Shown: in pieces, positions 37,668 to 46,471 of the stretch
How positions within the stretch are numbered: the first letter of the stretch is position 1
How the letters are laid out: every line of letters begins with the position of its first letter
Origin: Bacteroidia bacterium
GTDB taxonomy: Bacteria; Bacteroidota; Bacteroidia; NS11-12g; UBA9320
Reading direction: 5' to 3'
Assembly: GCA_044339595.1 (NCBI GenBank)
Contig: JBIIVF010000001.1
Span: 3,541 to 67,540, forward strand
DNA length: 64,000 nucleotides
Position numbers and translations under genes: made by a program
Notes under the pieces: model-generated
Told to the model about the DNA's origin: nothing
The model's database searches: none
The model's input: only the letters and a program-made list of their open reading frames with translations

Positions 37668-39296
37668 TTATTTGTTCAAGAAAATCTTGTGTGTAGAAAC
37701 ACCGTTTGAAGTGCTGATTTTCACAAGGTACAAACCATTGTTCAATGAAGTCAAATCGGCTACTACTCTGTTAGATCCCATGAAGAACTCTTCGTTGTTC
37801 ACGATTGCGTAAACGGTACGTCCTGACAAGTCAGAAATTTCCATGTTTACCATTTGGTTGTCAGTAAGGTCGAAATCAACCTGAACTGTTCCGTTGGTAG
37901 GGTTAGGATATACGTTCAAGTTCAACACAGCGAAGTTAGAAACTGATCCTGGATTTGGTGGGATAGAATCATACTGAGCATTGTTTGGATCGAAGTTCGT
38001 CCAACCGGCCATCCAATTATCTGTTTCACCAAAAGCACCGATGTAAGACGTTGCAGTAAAGTTGGTGTTATTTAATTTAGCATTGGCAAATGAAGCACCA
38101 CTTAAAGCAGGTGAACCGGCCATTGGTCTGAAATCAGGATTGCTGTAATTGAAAGCGTCTTTCAACATTACCGAAGAATTCAAGGCATATCTGCGGTTGT
38201 TGTTTCCGGTACTGTCATAGAAAGCAGTAAAATCGGCAGTTACTACTCCACCTTGTCCGCTAAAATAAGTCTTATTTCCCGCTACGATATTGTTTTGCAA
38301 GAAACCAACATTGGTTCTGAAGTTGTTGAATGTGGTTGCTCCATCCATTCTGACACCTTCTCTCCAGCCCATAATAACTGAATTGAAGATAGAAATTTCA
38401 TTGTTTCTTCTCAAGTGGGCACCTCTTCCGTGCAAAGAAGCTCTTACGTCTGAAGTATCTTTAAACGCACCGATTACGGTCATATTTGAAAACACCGCTG
38501 CAGTTTTAGGAGTTTCATTGGTTCCACCTGCATCATTGTCCACTTCAAAACCATTTTTGGTAGACACGTCAGCAACATTAGGATCTGCCAATGACACACC
38601 AAATTGTACATTCCCTCTAAATCCCTGATCTACGTCGAAATCGTCATCATTGGTTTTGAAAGCCACCAGGTGCTTGGCGTTTACGGCTCCACCGAACCAT
38701 TCGAAAGCGTCATCATTGTTAAATGAACACTGCACATAGTCAATGGTCGTTCCATTTCCTACAGCACACATAGTCAATGAATTCAATTCGCGATCTTGTT
38801 CAAAAGGAAAACCGGCAAACTCAATGCGACAATATTTCAAAGTACCACTGTTATCTGTATCATCCGATCCACCGTAGTTACCGGGTATTACACCCCCTTC
38901 ATAGGTTGGATTAACTTTGTTGGCTTTGGCATTTCCAAAAATCACAATCCCTCCCCAATCTCCATAGTCTCTTTGACCTTTAGGTTCACCGGAAGTAAAC
39001 ACGATTGGCTTTTCTTTGGTTCCGATAGCAACCAATTTTCCACCTTTGTCAACCAAAAGACAAGTTGCATTGGATTGATCCGGAGCTTTTCCTCCTTTTA
39101 CGACAGTTCCAGGCTCAACAGTCAGGGTTACACCGTTCTGAATGCGCACAATACCGCTTAATACATAAATTTTGTCGGCAGTCCAGGTTGCGCTGGCTGT
39201 GATGTTGGAAGTCACATTAACCACCTGTTTTGCTGTTTGAGATTGAACGAACTGAGCACTCAGAATCGTTAGCATCATTAGGAATAATTTTTTCAT
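37668..39296 (-). CDS. Secreted parallel beta-helix-like protein with a T9SS type-A C-terminal domain
   Basis: A signal peptide (MKKLFLMMLTILSAQFVQSQ) is followed by repetitive Gly/Asn-rich beta-strand modules. The C-terminus (LNLNVYPNPTNGTVQVDFDL...GLYLVKISTSNGVSTHKIFLNK) matches the T9SS C-terminal domain. Confidence 0.75.
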   Translation of the reverse strand: MKKLFLMMLTILSAQFVQSQTAKQVVNVTSNITASATWTADKIYVLSGIVRIQNGVTLTVEPGTVVKGGKAPDQSNATCLLVDKGGKLVAIGTKEKPIVFTSGEPKGQRDYGDWGGIVIFGNAKANKVNPTYEGGVIPGNYGGSDDTDNSGTLKYCRIEFAGFPFEQDRELNSLTMCAVGNGTTIDYVQCSFNNDDAFEWFGGAVNAKHLVAFKTNDDDFDVDQGFRGNVQFGVSLADPNVADVSTKNGFEVDNDAGGTNETPKTAAVFSNMTVIGAFKDTSDVRASLHGRGAHLRRNNEISIFNSVIMGWREGVRMDGATTFNNFRTNVGFLQNNIVAGNKTYFSGQGGVVTADFTAFYDSTGNNNRRYALNSSVMLKDAFNYSNPDFRPMAGSPALSGASFANAKLNNTNFTATSYIGAFGETDNWMAGWTNFDPNNAQYDSIPPNPGSVSNFAVLNLNVYPNPTNGTVQVDFDLTDNQMVNMEISDLSGRTVYAIVNNEEFFMGSNRVVADLTSLNNGLYLVKISTSNGVSTHKIFLNK

Positions 39297-39410
39297 AATC
39301 TGATTTTAATTTGTGCGACAAAGTTCAAACCAGGGCTTTACGCCAATGTTATGTAGATAATACGTTTTTATTACTATATGGTCGGTTGATTCCTGCCAAC
39401 CCGTATTGCC

Positions 39411-42212
39411 TTAAAACTTATAAGAGACCCCTGCCGTAATGGTTCTAGGCATCTTGTATCGGAAGATGACATTGTCATCCTTTTCAGTGTATCGGTTATT
39501 TTTATCGTAATCCATGTAAAAAATCAAATCACGGCTTAACAAATCTGATACACCCAATTTCGCTTCAAGTTTCTTCTTAAGGAAAGATTTGGTTACTTGC
39601 AAATCGACCAAATGGCGAGCTCTCTCATAAATATCAGGATATGACGTATTACCAACGTTATAAATCCGGTCACCATAGATGTTGTATAATGCACTCACAG
39701 ACAAATTGTACTTTTCTACATTCCACAAAACACCATAGTTTACTACATAAGGAGATTGACCTTGCATAGGGCGATTTTCACTCCAACGATTGAGGTTGTT
39801 TCCCTGCTCAATCACCGACTTAATATAGGTAAAATTACCGTACATGGTCCATGATTTATTGATGTCATATCTAAAATCAAGTTCTCCACCATAACTGGTA
39901 GCCCTGGGGAGGTTCACAAAGGATCTTCTGATTACCCCCAACGAAATATCATTGGCCAAAACCAATTCGATTGGATTATCAAATTGTTTGAAGAACAGGG
40001 CGGCGGTAAAAATCTGTCCTGCTCCGGGATAGATTTCATAACGCATATCCAGATTCTTAATCACAGCTCTTTTCAATTTGTCATTTCCTTCCAAAGAACT
40101 GGACGTACTGAAATCATAAAAAGAGAAAGGAGCAAGTTCTCTCAATTCAGGCCGAGATACTGTTTTAGACGCACTTAACCTAACATTGCTTTTTGAATTG
40201 ATAGAATACACCACATTCATTGAAGGCAACCAATCGTTAAAATCGGTATTAATATCAACGATTTCATTATTTCTGGTAGCAGAAACCAATTGCTGATTAT
40301 ACGCCTCATAACGCAGCCCATATACCGCTCTTAACCTTTTACCAAACTTACTTTCTGACATGATATAACCGGCACCTAAGGTTGAATTGGCATCATATTG
40401 ATGGGATGCATTGGTAATATCATTGAGTTTAAAACCATTTAGGCCCATATTTTCATAGTTAAAGACTTGATCAATCGGGAGTAATAATAAGGCAGCATCA
40501 AAGGTTGAATTTCTTGCCCTGGCAAATCCCATCATTCTGGCATCAAAAGTTCTGTCTTTTTTCTGAAAAAACGCCCCTGCCTTCAACGTTGAGTTGGCAT
40601 GTATTGGCATCGGCAATGCCACAGAAGCTCCGGCGGTATGGAGTCTTTCATTCAAATCTGTGAATAAACGAGCAGCATTTTCATTGGCTGAGTTTATGAC
40701 ACCCAAGGTAAGATTCTCCTTTTCATTGCCACGGTATTCCACGTTTTTGTAATCAGGCATATTACGGGAGGTAACCGCTCTCGACATTTCCCAATTCAAT
40801 TTCACTTCTTTATCCCGAAAAACATGCTCTCCATTTAATTGACTCAACATCAATTTATTTTGGGTGTACATGTACGAATAAGCTTGTTTGAAGATTCCTT
40901 CCGCCTGACTTGGCCCAATACGCGTTGCTGTGGCATTCTCTCCTGATAAATTGAAGGTATTCTTAAAGGAGAATTTGTGATTTTCCTTTAGCTGATATGA
41001 CAAGTTCAGAAGGGCACCCACTTTAACGTTGTTTTCGTATAAACTATCCAGATAGTTGAACTGCGTATTTTTCGCAAAATCATACCAGTTTCTGTCAACC
41101 TGTTGAAAGGAGTTAGAATTCCCGTAACTGGTCGAAAATACGATGCCCAATTCTTCTTTTTTGATTTTAAACACTTTGCCACCTGAAATTTGAGTGCTCA
41201 GGTTTGGCATCGCAGTTTTATTGAGCAATGCGTAATTATTGTTTAACAACTTACCTGCATCTGCTTCTTTTTGAGCACGTTCCAAATTAGATCCGTTTCT
41301 GAGTTCTTCTGTTGTTGGAAAACCTTCCGGTAATTGTCGGGTTCCGTTATCAAATCCCCATTTATCCGTTGAACTACCTTGGTAATGCTTAAAATCCTTG
41401 CCTGTACTTAGACTGTTATAGCTTGAACTCAAAGACACATTCAAAAAGGGTTTAGAAGGCGTTTCTTTGGTGGTTACCTGAATCACGCCGCCGGCAAAAT
41501 CACCGGGCAAATTTGGGGCCGCTGTTTTGATAATCACAATTTGATCTACCATATTGGTCGGAATCAAATCAAATGAAAATGCCCTTCTTTCAGGTTCTGT
41601 GCTTGGTAGTGGCGAACCGTTGATCATGGCCGCATTGTAACGGTCATTCAGACCTCTTATTACAGCGAATTTGCCTTGTTGCAAGGTAGCACCGCTGATT
41701 CTTTTCATGGCTTCGCCGGTATTGGCATCCGGTGTTCTTTTAATAACTTCGGCAGAAATACCATCAGAAATGGTGATATTTTTCTTTTGCTGAAGATACA
41801 TACCTTCTATGGTTTCCTTTTTGATTTGAGCCTTCACTACAGCCTCCTTCAATTCATTGGCAGATTCTATCAACAAAACTTTGATATCTTTGATTTCTCC
41901 GGCCTTTATTTCAATTCCCGGAACTACCTTTTTGGCGTATGATATATAGTTGAATACAAGGTTATATTTGCCCGGAGTCAATTTATCCAAAACAAACTTT
42001 CCTTCGAAGTCGGTTATAGTTCCTCTGGTGGTACCTTCAATTGATACAGAAACTCCAATGAGTTCTGAATAATTCTGCTCATCAAGCACAATACCGGTAA
42101 TTTTGGCTGTTTGCGCAAAAAGTGCACCGGTTGACAAAACAAACACGAATAAGAAGGAGGCAAAAAGAGTCGGCTTGTTCGATAAAAATGAATCTTGTGT
42201 TTTCTTAATCAT
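39411..42212 (-). CDS. TonB-dependent outer-membrane receptor carrying an N-terminal carboxypeptidase-regulatory-like domain
   Basis: The signal peptide is followed by a CarbopepD_reg-like domain (AKITGIVLDEQNYSELIGVSVSIEG...DFEGKFVLDKLTPGKYNL) and then a plug and 22-strand barrel. The C-terminal Phe (…GVSYKF) is typical of outer-membrane barrels. Confidence 0.85.
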   Translation of the reverse strand: MIKKTQDSFLSNKPTLFASFLFVFVLSTGALFAQTAKITGIVLDEQNYSELIGVSVSIEGTTRGTITDFEGKFVLDKLTPGKYNLVFNYISYAKKVVPGIEIKAGEIKDIKVLLIESANELKEAVVKAQIKKETIEGMYLQQKKNITISDGISAEVIKRTPDANTGEAMKRISGATLQQGKFAVIRGLNDRYNAAMINGSPLPSTEPERRAFSFDLIPTNMVDQIVIIKTAAPNLPGDFAGGVIQVTTKETPSKPFLNVSLSSSYNSLSTGKDFKHYQGSSTDKWGFDNGTRQLPEGFPTTEELRNGSNLERAQKEADAGKLLNNNYALLNKTAMPNLSTQISGGKVFKIKKEELGIVFSTSYGNSNSFQQVDRNWYDFAKNTQFNYLDSLYENNVKVGALLNLSYQLKENHKFSFKNTFNLSGENATATRIGPSQAEGIFKQAYSYMYTQNKLMLSQLNGEHVFRDKEVKLNWEMSRAVTSRNMPDYKNVEYRGNEKENLTLGVINSANENAARLFTDLNERLHTAGASVALPMPIHANSTLKAGAFFQKKDRTFDARMMGFARARNSTFDAALLLLPIDQVFNYENMGLNGFKLNDITNASHQYDANSTLGAGYIMSESKFGKRLRAVYGLRYEAYNQQLVSATRNNEIVDINTDFNDWLPSMNVVYSINSKSNVRLSASKTVSRPELRELAPFSFYDFSTSSSLEGNDKLKRAVIKNLDMRYEIYPGAGQIFTAALFFKQFDNPIELVLANDISLGVIRRSFVNLPRATSYGGELDFRYDINKSWTMYGNFTYIKSVIEQGNNLNRWSENRPMQGQSPYVVNYGVLWNVEKYNLSVSALYNIYGDRIYNVGNTSYPDIYERARHLVDLQVTKSFLKKKLEAKLGVSDLLSRDLIFYMDYDKNNRYTEKDDNVIFRYKMPRTITAGVSYKF

Positions 42213-42687
42213 TTGGTTAACTGTATGTTAAATGCTATTCCCATGTGCTTTTAAGATTAATTGAATGTTAGCAACGGATAAAGCTTCGATTTTACGGCAC
42301 AAAAGTACTCCTCTCATATTTCGCCATTTTCACCGCTATATTTTCGAATTGTTAAGGCGTGTTAACTGAAGATTAAGCGAACGATCCAAAAAGTTTAGGA
42401 ATCCCTATAATTTTGATGATTTCGGAACATTTCCGTTTCACGATTTCCACTCAACATAAATCAGTATTTCTATCTAGTGTTACAAAATGACCATTTAAGT
42501 TTATCGGTCAATTCTTGTAATGATGATTAATATAAAAAGATCACAAACCCCTACTCCACTAATTGTTATGATTACTGATAACGATTTTGGGTTAAATCGA
42601 GTTACCTCAAAAAAACTCTCGGGCCTTTATACTAAATGCCTCAATTTAGCGATATTTGCGCCCTTATTAACCCAAAGAAGGTTAATT

Positions 42688-42769
42688 GCCCAAGTGGTGA
42701 AATTGGTAGACACGCTGTCTTCAGGCGGCAGTTCCGCAAGGTGTGCAGGTTCGAGTCCTGTCTTGGGCA
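42688..42769 (+). tRNA. tRNA-Leu (anticodon CAG), type II with a long variable arm
   Basis: A hand fold gives an acceptor stem GCCCAAG/CTTGGGC with discriminator A, and a D-arm GTG-AAATTGGTAGA-CAC. The anticodon stem is CTGTC/GGCAG with loop TTCAGGC. A 13-nt variable arm is followed by a T-arm GCAGG-TTCGAGT-CCTGT. No CCA is encoded. Confidence 0.75.
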
Positions 42770-42810
42770 CATCAGTTAAATTACGCAAAGCTCACTTTTT
42801 GCGTGTTGAA

Positions 42811-43797
42811 TTATTCATCTAAGTCTTTCAAAAGGGTTCTGGCTGCCTGGAACGGATTGGCACTCCCTTCTCTGATTTGCTGCGTATATCGATGCATTTT
42901 CTCTTCAAATCCTTCGGAGGCATAAAGCTTTTCGAGCCAATTTCGATGCACTTGTTCTTTGAACCACCAAGTATTTTGTTCTGCCCTGAATTTGGTCAAA
43001 CCCTGATTTTGGTCCATGTGCTCAAAATATTGATCGATGGAATCCAGTAACTCCAAAGTAGAGTCAGGCAAATACATGGAGTGCTTTAATACCTTGGGTT
43101 GCCAACCATCTGTTCTTGGAGGGAAATAATGCAATGCATTGCGGTAATGATGCATCGCATCTAATGCGGATTCTTTCGCGACCCCGTCAAATTTGTTGAG
43201 GACGATAAGATCGGTCATTTCCATGATACCTCTTTTTATACCCTGTAATTCATCGCCGGCACCGGGAAGCATTAAGAGGATAAAGATATCGGCCATATAT
43301 CGAATTTCCGTTTCTGATTGTCCTACACCGACTGTTTCGATGATAATGTTATCAAAACCCGCTGCTTCACACAGCAAGATGGTTTGCATGGTTCTCTCTC
43401 CTACCCCACCTAAATGACCGCCGGAAGGGGTTGGTCTGATAAAGGCCTCCTTGCTTTTTGACAATTCCTGCATTCTGGTTTTGTCGCCTAAAATACTGCC
43501 CCCACTGATGCTGCTGCTCGGATCGATGGCCAATACCGCTACCGACTGGTTTCGATGTTGAATCAACGACAATCCCAATGCCTCTATCGCGGTGCTCTTC
43601 CCAACACCGGGTACACCGGTTATTGCGATTCTTCGGGAAATATGGGCATGATCGGACAAAATTTCCATCAACTCATCCGCCAATAAGCGATGTTCAGGCA
43701 GGCGGCTTTCAACCAACGTGATGGCTCTGCCTAATGAAACCCGGTTTCCCTCAAGGATTTCAATGGATAATTGCTTTAAATCAAATTTTGATTGCAT
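42811..43797 (-). CDS. meaB: Methylmalonyl-CoA-mutase-associated GTPase MeaB (ArgK family)
   Basis: The P-loop ITGVPGVGKST and the MeaB/ArgK architecture are present, and an MCM gene lies nearby. Confidence 0.85.
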   Translation of the reverse strand: MQSKFDLKQLSIEILEGNRVSLGRAITLVESRLPEHRLLADELMEILSDHAHISRRIAITGVPGVGKSTAIEALGLSLIQHRNQSVAVLAIDPSSSISGGSILGDKTRMQELSKSKEAFIRPTPSGGHLGGVGERTMQTILLCEAAGFDNIIIETVGVGQSETEIRYMADIFILLMLPGAGDELQGIKRGIMEMTDLIVLNKFDGVAKESALDAMHHYRNALHYFPPRTDGWQPKVLKHSMYLPDSTLELLDSIDQYFEHMDQNQGLTKFRAEQNTWWFKEQVHRNWLEKLYASEGFEEKMHRYTQQIREGSANPFQAARTLLKDLDE

Positions 43798-43962
43798 TCA
43801 GTATACGAAGATACGATCAAGTGAATAAATAGTTTGGATATAAAGTAGTTTGATTGGAAATTGAGTTTTGGATTGATGAAGCTTTAATAACTCTCGTGCA
43901 GAATTTTCTCTAAAAGCATTCCTCTATATTGCGACCATTAAACTTATTGGATTATTTGCCGT

Positions 43963-44535
43963 ATGGCTTGGACAGATCAAAACAATACAAGAATGACAAA
44001 CAATTTTAATGCATGGCACCACGTTTCGCCGGGAAACAAATTACCTGAGATCGTAAATGGGATCATTGAGATCACCAAAGGCACAAGAGCGAAATATGAG
44101 CTTGACAAAGAGAGCGGATTATTGCGATTGGATCGGGTTCTTTTCTCTTCTGTGTATTATCCGGCTAATTATGGTTTCATTCCGCAAAGCTATTGTGATG
44201 ATCACGATCCATTAGACATTCTTATTCTGTCACAAATCGATATCGTTCCGATGTGTATCGTTCCGGCCAAAGTGATTGGAGTCATGAGAATGCTCGATAA
44301 TGGCGAAGCGGATGACAAAATTATTGCCGTAGCGGTTGGCGATCCCAGTGTTAGTCACATAAACGATATTTCAGAATTGCCTCAGCATTTCATTTCAGAA
44401 TTGCGGAACTTTTTTGAAGATTATACAAAATTGGAAAAAAAGACCGTGGTGGTGGAAGATTTTTTTGACCGAAATACGGCTATTGAAATTCTGCAGGATA
44501 GCTTTAAAATGTATAAAGAACACTTTGTGAAATAA
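43963..44535 (+). CDS. ppa: Inorganic pyrophosphatase (family I)
   Basis: The sequence [32 protein letters not shown]...[22 protein letters not shown] is diagnostic. An alternative start at M11 is possible. Confidence 0.85.
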   Translation: MAWTDQNNTRMTNNFNAWHHVSPGNKLPEIVNGIIEITKGTRAKYELDKESGLLRLDRVLFSSVYYPANYGFIPQSYCDDHDPLDILILSQIDIVPMCIVPAKVIGVMRMLDNGEADDKIIAVAVGDPSVSHINDISELPQHFISELRNFFEDYTKLEKKTVVVEDFFDRNTAIEILQDSFKMYKEHFVK

Positions 44536-44637
44536 CTGATTCGATTTTCATGCATGTATGTTTAGTATTCATTGATTACCGAACACCTGCGCTCAATTTT
44601 TTCTTTTAATGCTAACTTCGTTGTTCACTAATATTAT

Positions 44638-45018
44638 ATGAAAACTTTCATCCTTTGGCACAATCCCCGATGCGGTAAATCAAGGCAAGCGCTCGAAATA
44701 TTGAGGGGAAAAGGCATAGAACCTAAAATCCGATTGTACCTTCAAGATCCCCCTGATACCGAAGAAATAAAAATGCTGCTTAAAAAGTTAGGGCTTTCTG
44801 CACGAGAAATCACCCGAACCAAAGAATCTGTTTTCAATTCTTTGATTGATCCGGCAAATACCGCGGAAGCACAATGGATTAATACGCTGGCACAACATCC
44901 CATTTTGATTGAACGGCCGATCTTAATTACAGATCACGCAGCTGTGATCGGCAGACCTCCCGAAAACATTCTGAAACTTCTACCAGCATCTACTCACATC
45001 AATAAAAAAAGCCGTTGA
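44638..45018 (+). CDS. ArsC/Spx-family thioredoxin-fold protein (arsenate-reductase-like, YffB-type)
   Basis: The sequence MKTFILWHNPRCGKSRQALEIL is the family signature. The protein is 126 aa. Confidence 0.7.
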   Translation: MKTFILWHNPRCGKSRQALEILRGKGIEPKIRLYLQDPPDTEEIKMLLKKLGLSAREITRTKESVFNSLIDPANTAEAQWINTLAQHPILIERPILITDHAAVIGRPPENILKLLPASTHINKKSR

Positions 45019-45036
45019 GGTTCTCAACGGCTTTTC
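45011..45036. terminator. Rho-independent terminator (GCCGTTGAG-GTT-CTCAACGGC followed by UUUUCU). It has an A7 run upstream, so it may act bidirectionally.
   Basis: It has a 9-bp perfect stem. The TGA stop of the upstream gene lies inside the stem. Confidence 0.6.
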
Positions 45037-45054
45037 TATAAAATGTTTTAAAGA

Positions 45055-45504
45055 TTATTTATTTTGATTGATGACTGCCGGTGCAGGTTCAACAGGTGCT
45101 GAATCTACAATTCCTTTGATGGTCAAATAGGCAGTTCCTTCTTCACCATTGTGTTTTACAGTAATGGTTTTGGTGAAATTACCAGGACGGCCAGAAGAAT
45201 TGTAAACTGCAGTGATTTTACCGGTTGCTCCGGGAGCAATAGGATCACGGGTCCATGTTGGGGTAGTACATCCGCATGACGCCTGAACAGAAGACAGTAC
45301 CAAAGGAGCTTTACCTGTATTTTTGAAGGTAAAATCTACGGTTGCTTGAGTTCCCTCTTTGATGTTACCGAAATCGTGGGTAGTCTTTTCAAAAGTGGCG
45401 GTTGGCAAATTTTCAGTAGCAATGGTTACTACCGGTTTTTCTTGAGCCGTTGCAAATCCAAAAGATCCAAGGGCTAACATAATTAAGGCGATCGATTTTT
45501 TCAT
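45055..45504 (-). CDS. DUF1573 domain protein (exported, ASPM-SPD-2-Hydin-like fold)
   Basis: A signal peptide and the conserved SCGCTTP motif are present. The protein is 149 aa. Confidence 0.7.
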   Translation of the reverse strand: MKKSIALIMLALGSFGFATAQEKPVVTIATENLPTATFEKTTHDFGNIKEGTQATVDFTFKNTGKAPLVLSSVQASCGCTTPTWTRDPIAPGATGKITAVYNSSGRPGNFTKTITVKHNGEEGTAYLTIKGIVDSAPVEPAPAVINQNK

Positions 45505-45573
45505 GTTTCTAAATTTATTTCAAATGTAAACTTTCATCGGCAATGTTACAAATGCTGTACCAAAAGTAGCATT

Positions 45574-46344
45574 TTAAAAATTTGCTGTTCTTTTTTCTAA
45601 AAATGCACTGGTCCCTTCCTTAAAATCAGAGGTTTCGAAAGATTTTCCGAATACTTCAATTTCGGTTTTCATACCATCCAAACCTTCCGTGTAGTATGCA
45701 TTTACACACTCAATGACTTTTGATAAGGCCATCGGCGATTTTGATTTTATCTTTTCGAGCAGCACTTTGCAGGTATTCAACAATTCTTCCTGCGGCACCA
45801 CTGCGTTCACCAATCCTAATTGAAGGGCCTCCGGTGCTTTGATCATATCGGCTGTGAGCAACAATTCAAGGGCTTTCCCTTTGCCAATAAGTTGAATCAA
45901 CCTTTGTGTTCCGCCATATCCGGGAGGCACGCCCAGATTCACTTCCGGCTGACCGAAACGTGCATTTTCACTCGCAATTCTCAAATGACAGGCCATGGCC
46001 AACTCACATCCACCGCCCAATGCAAAACCATTGACCGCCGCTATGATGGGCTTAGAACATTGTTCGATGGTATTCATCACTGCGTGACCATCTGCACTCA
46101 TTTGTGTACCTTGATGTACAGTGAATTGGGCAAACTCTGAAATGTCGGCGCCGGCTGCAAAAGCTTTTGCACCTGAACCGGTTATAATCATGCCTCTGAT
46201 ATCGGCATCTGCTTCTGCAGCTTGAACTGCCAGTTTTATTTCGCCTAATAATTCAATGTTGAGCGCATTCATTTTGCTCTCGCGATTGATGGTGATCACT
46301 TGAATGAACCCTTCCTTTTCTGATAAGATGTTGTTGTAAGTCAT
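45574..46344 (-). CDS. Enoyl-CoA hydratase/isomerase (crotonase family)
   Basis: The sequences FIQVITINRESKMNALN...ITGSGAKAFAAGADI and the ...GGGCELAM oxyanion-hole motifs are present. The start was set at the ATG at 46342-46344. The longer ORF overlaps the divergent MCM gene. Confidence 0.8.
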   Translation of the reverse strand: MTYNNILSEKEGFIQVITINRESKMNALNIELLGEIKLAVQAAEADADIRGMIITGSGAKAFAAGADISEFAQFTVHQGTQMSADGHAVMNTIEQCSKPIIAAVNGFALGGGCELAMACHLRIASENARFGQPEVNLGVPPGYGGTQRLIQLIGKGKALELLLTADMIKAPEALQLGLVNAVVPQEELLNTCKVLLEKIKSKSPMALSKVIECVNAYYTEGLDGMKTEIEVFGKSFETSDFKEGTSAFLEKRTANF

Positions 46345-46471
46345 GGTAAAAATTTGCGCAAAAATAGCAATCCTCTTAATAACCGGCTTTCTCTTTAAAA
46401 TATATCTCAGCCCGCCATTTCTGCTAAATCTCTGAAATGGCTTAAGTTTGTGCGTTAGAATTAAACCAAAC

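Noticed and set aside
42213-42687. A possible cobalamin riboswitch upstream of the TonB-dependent receptor, considered because of the nearby B12-dependent MCM and MeaB genes
   Set aside because: No B12-box (GCCACTG) and no GC-rich structured core are present. The region is uniformly AT-rich.
42520-42822. A 100-aa ORF spanning the tRNA-Leu gene
   Set aside because: It overlaps a well-folded tRNA, and its product has low complexity and no motif.
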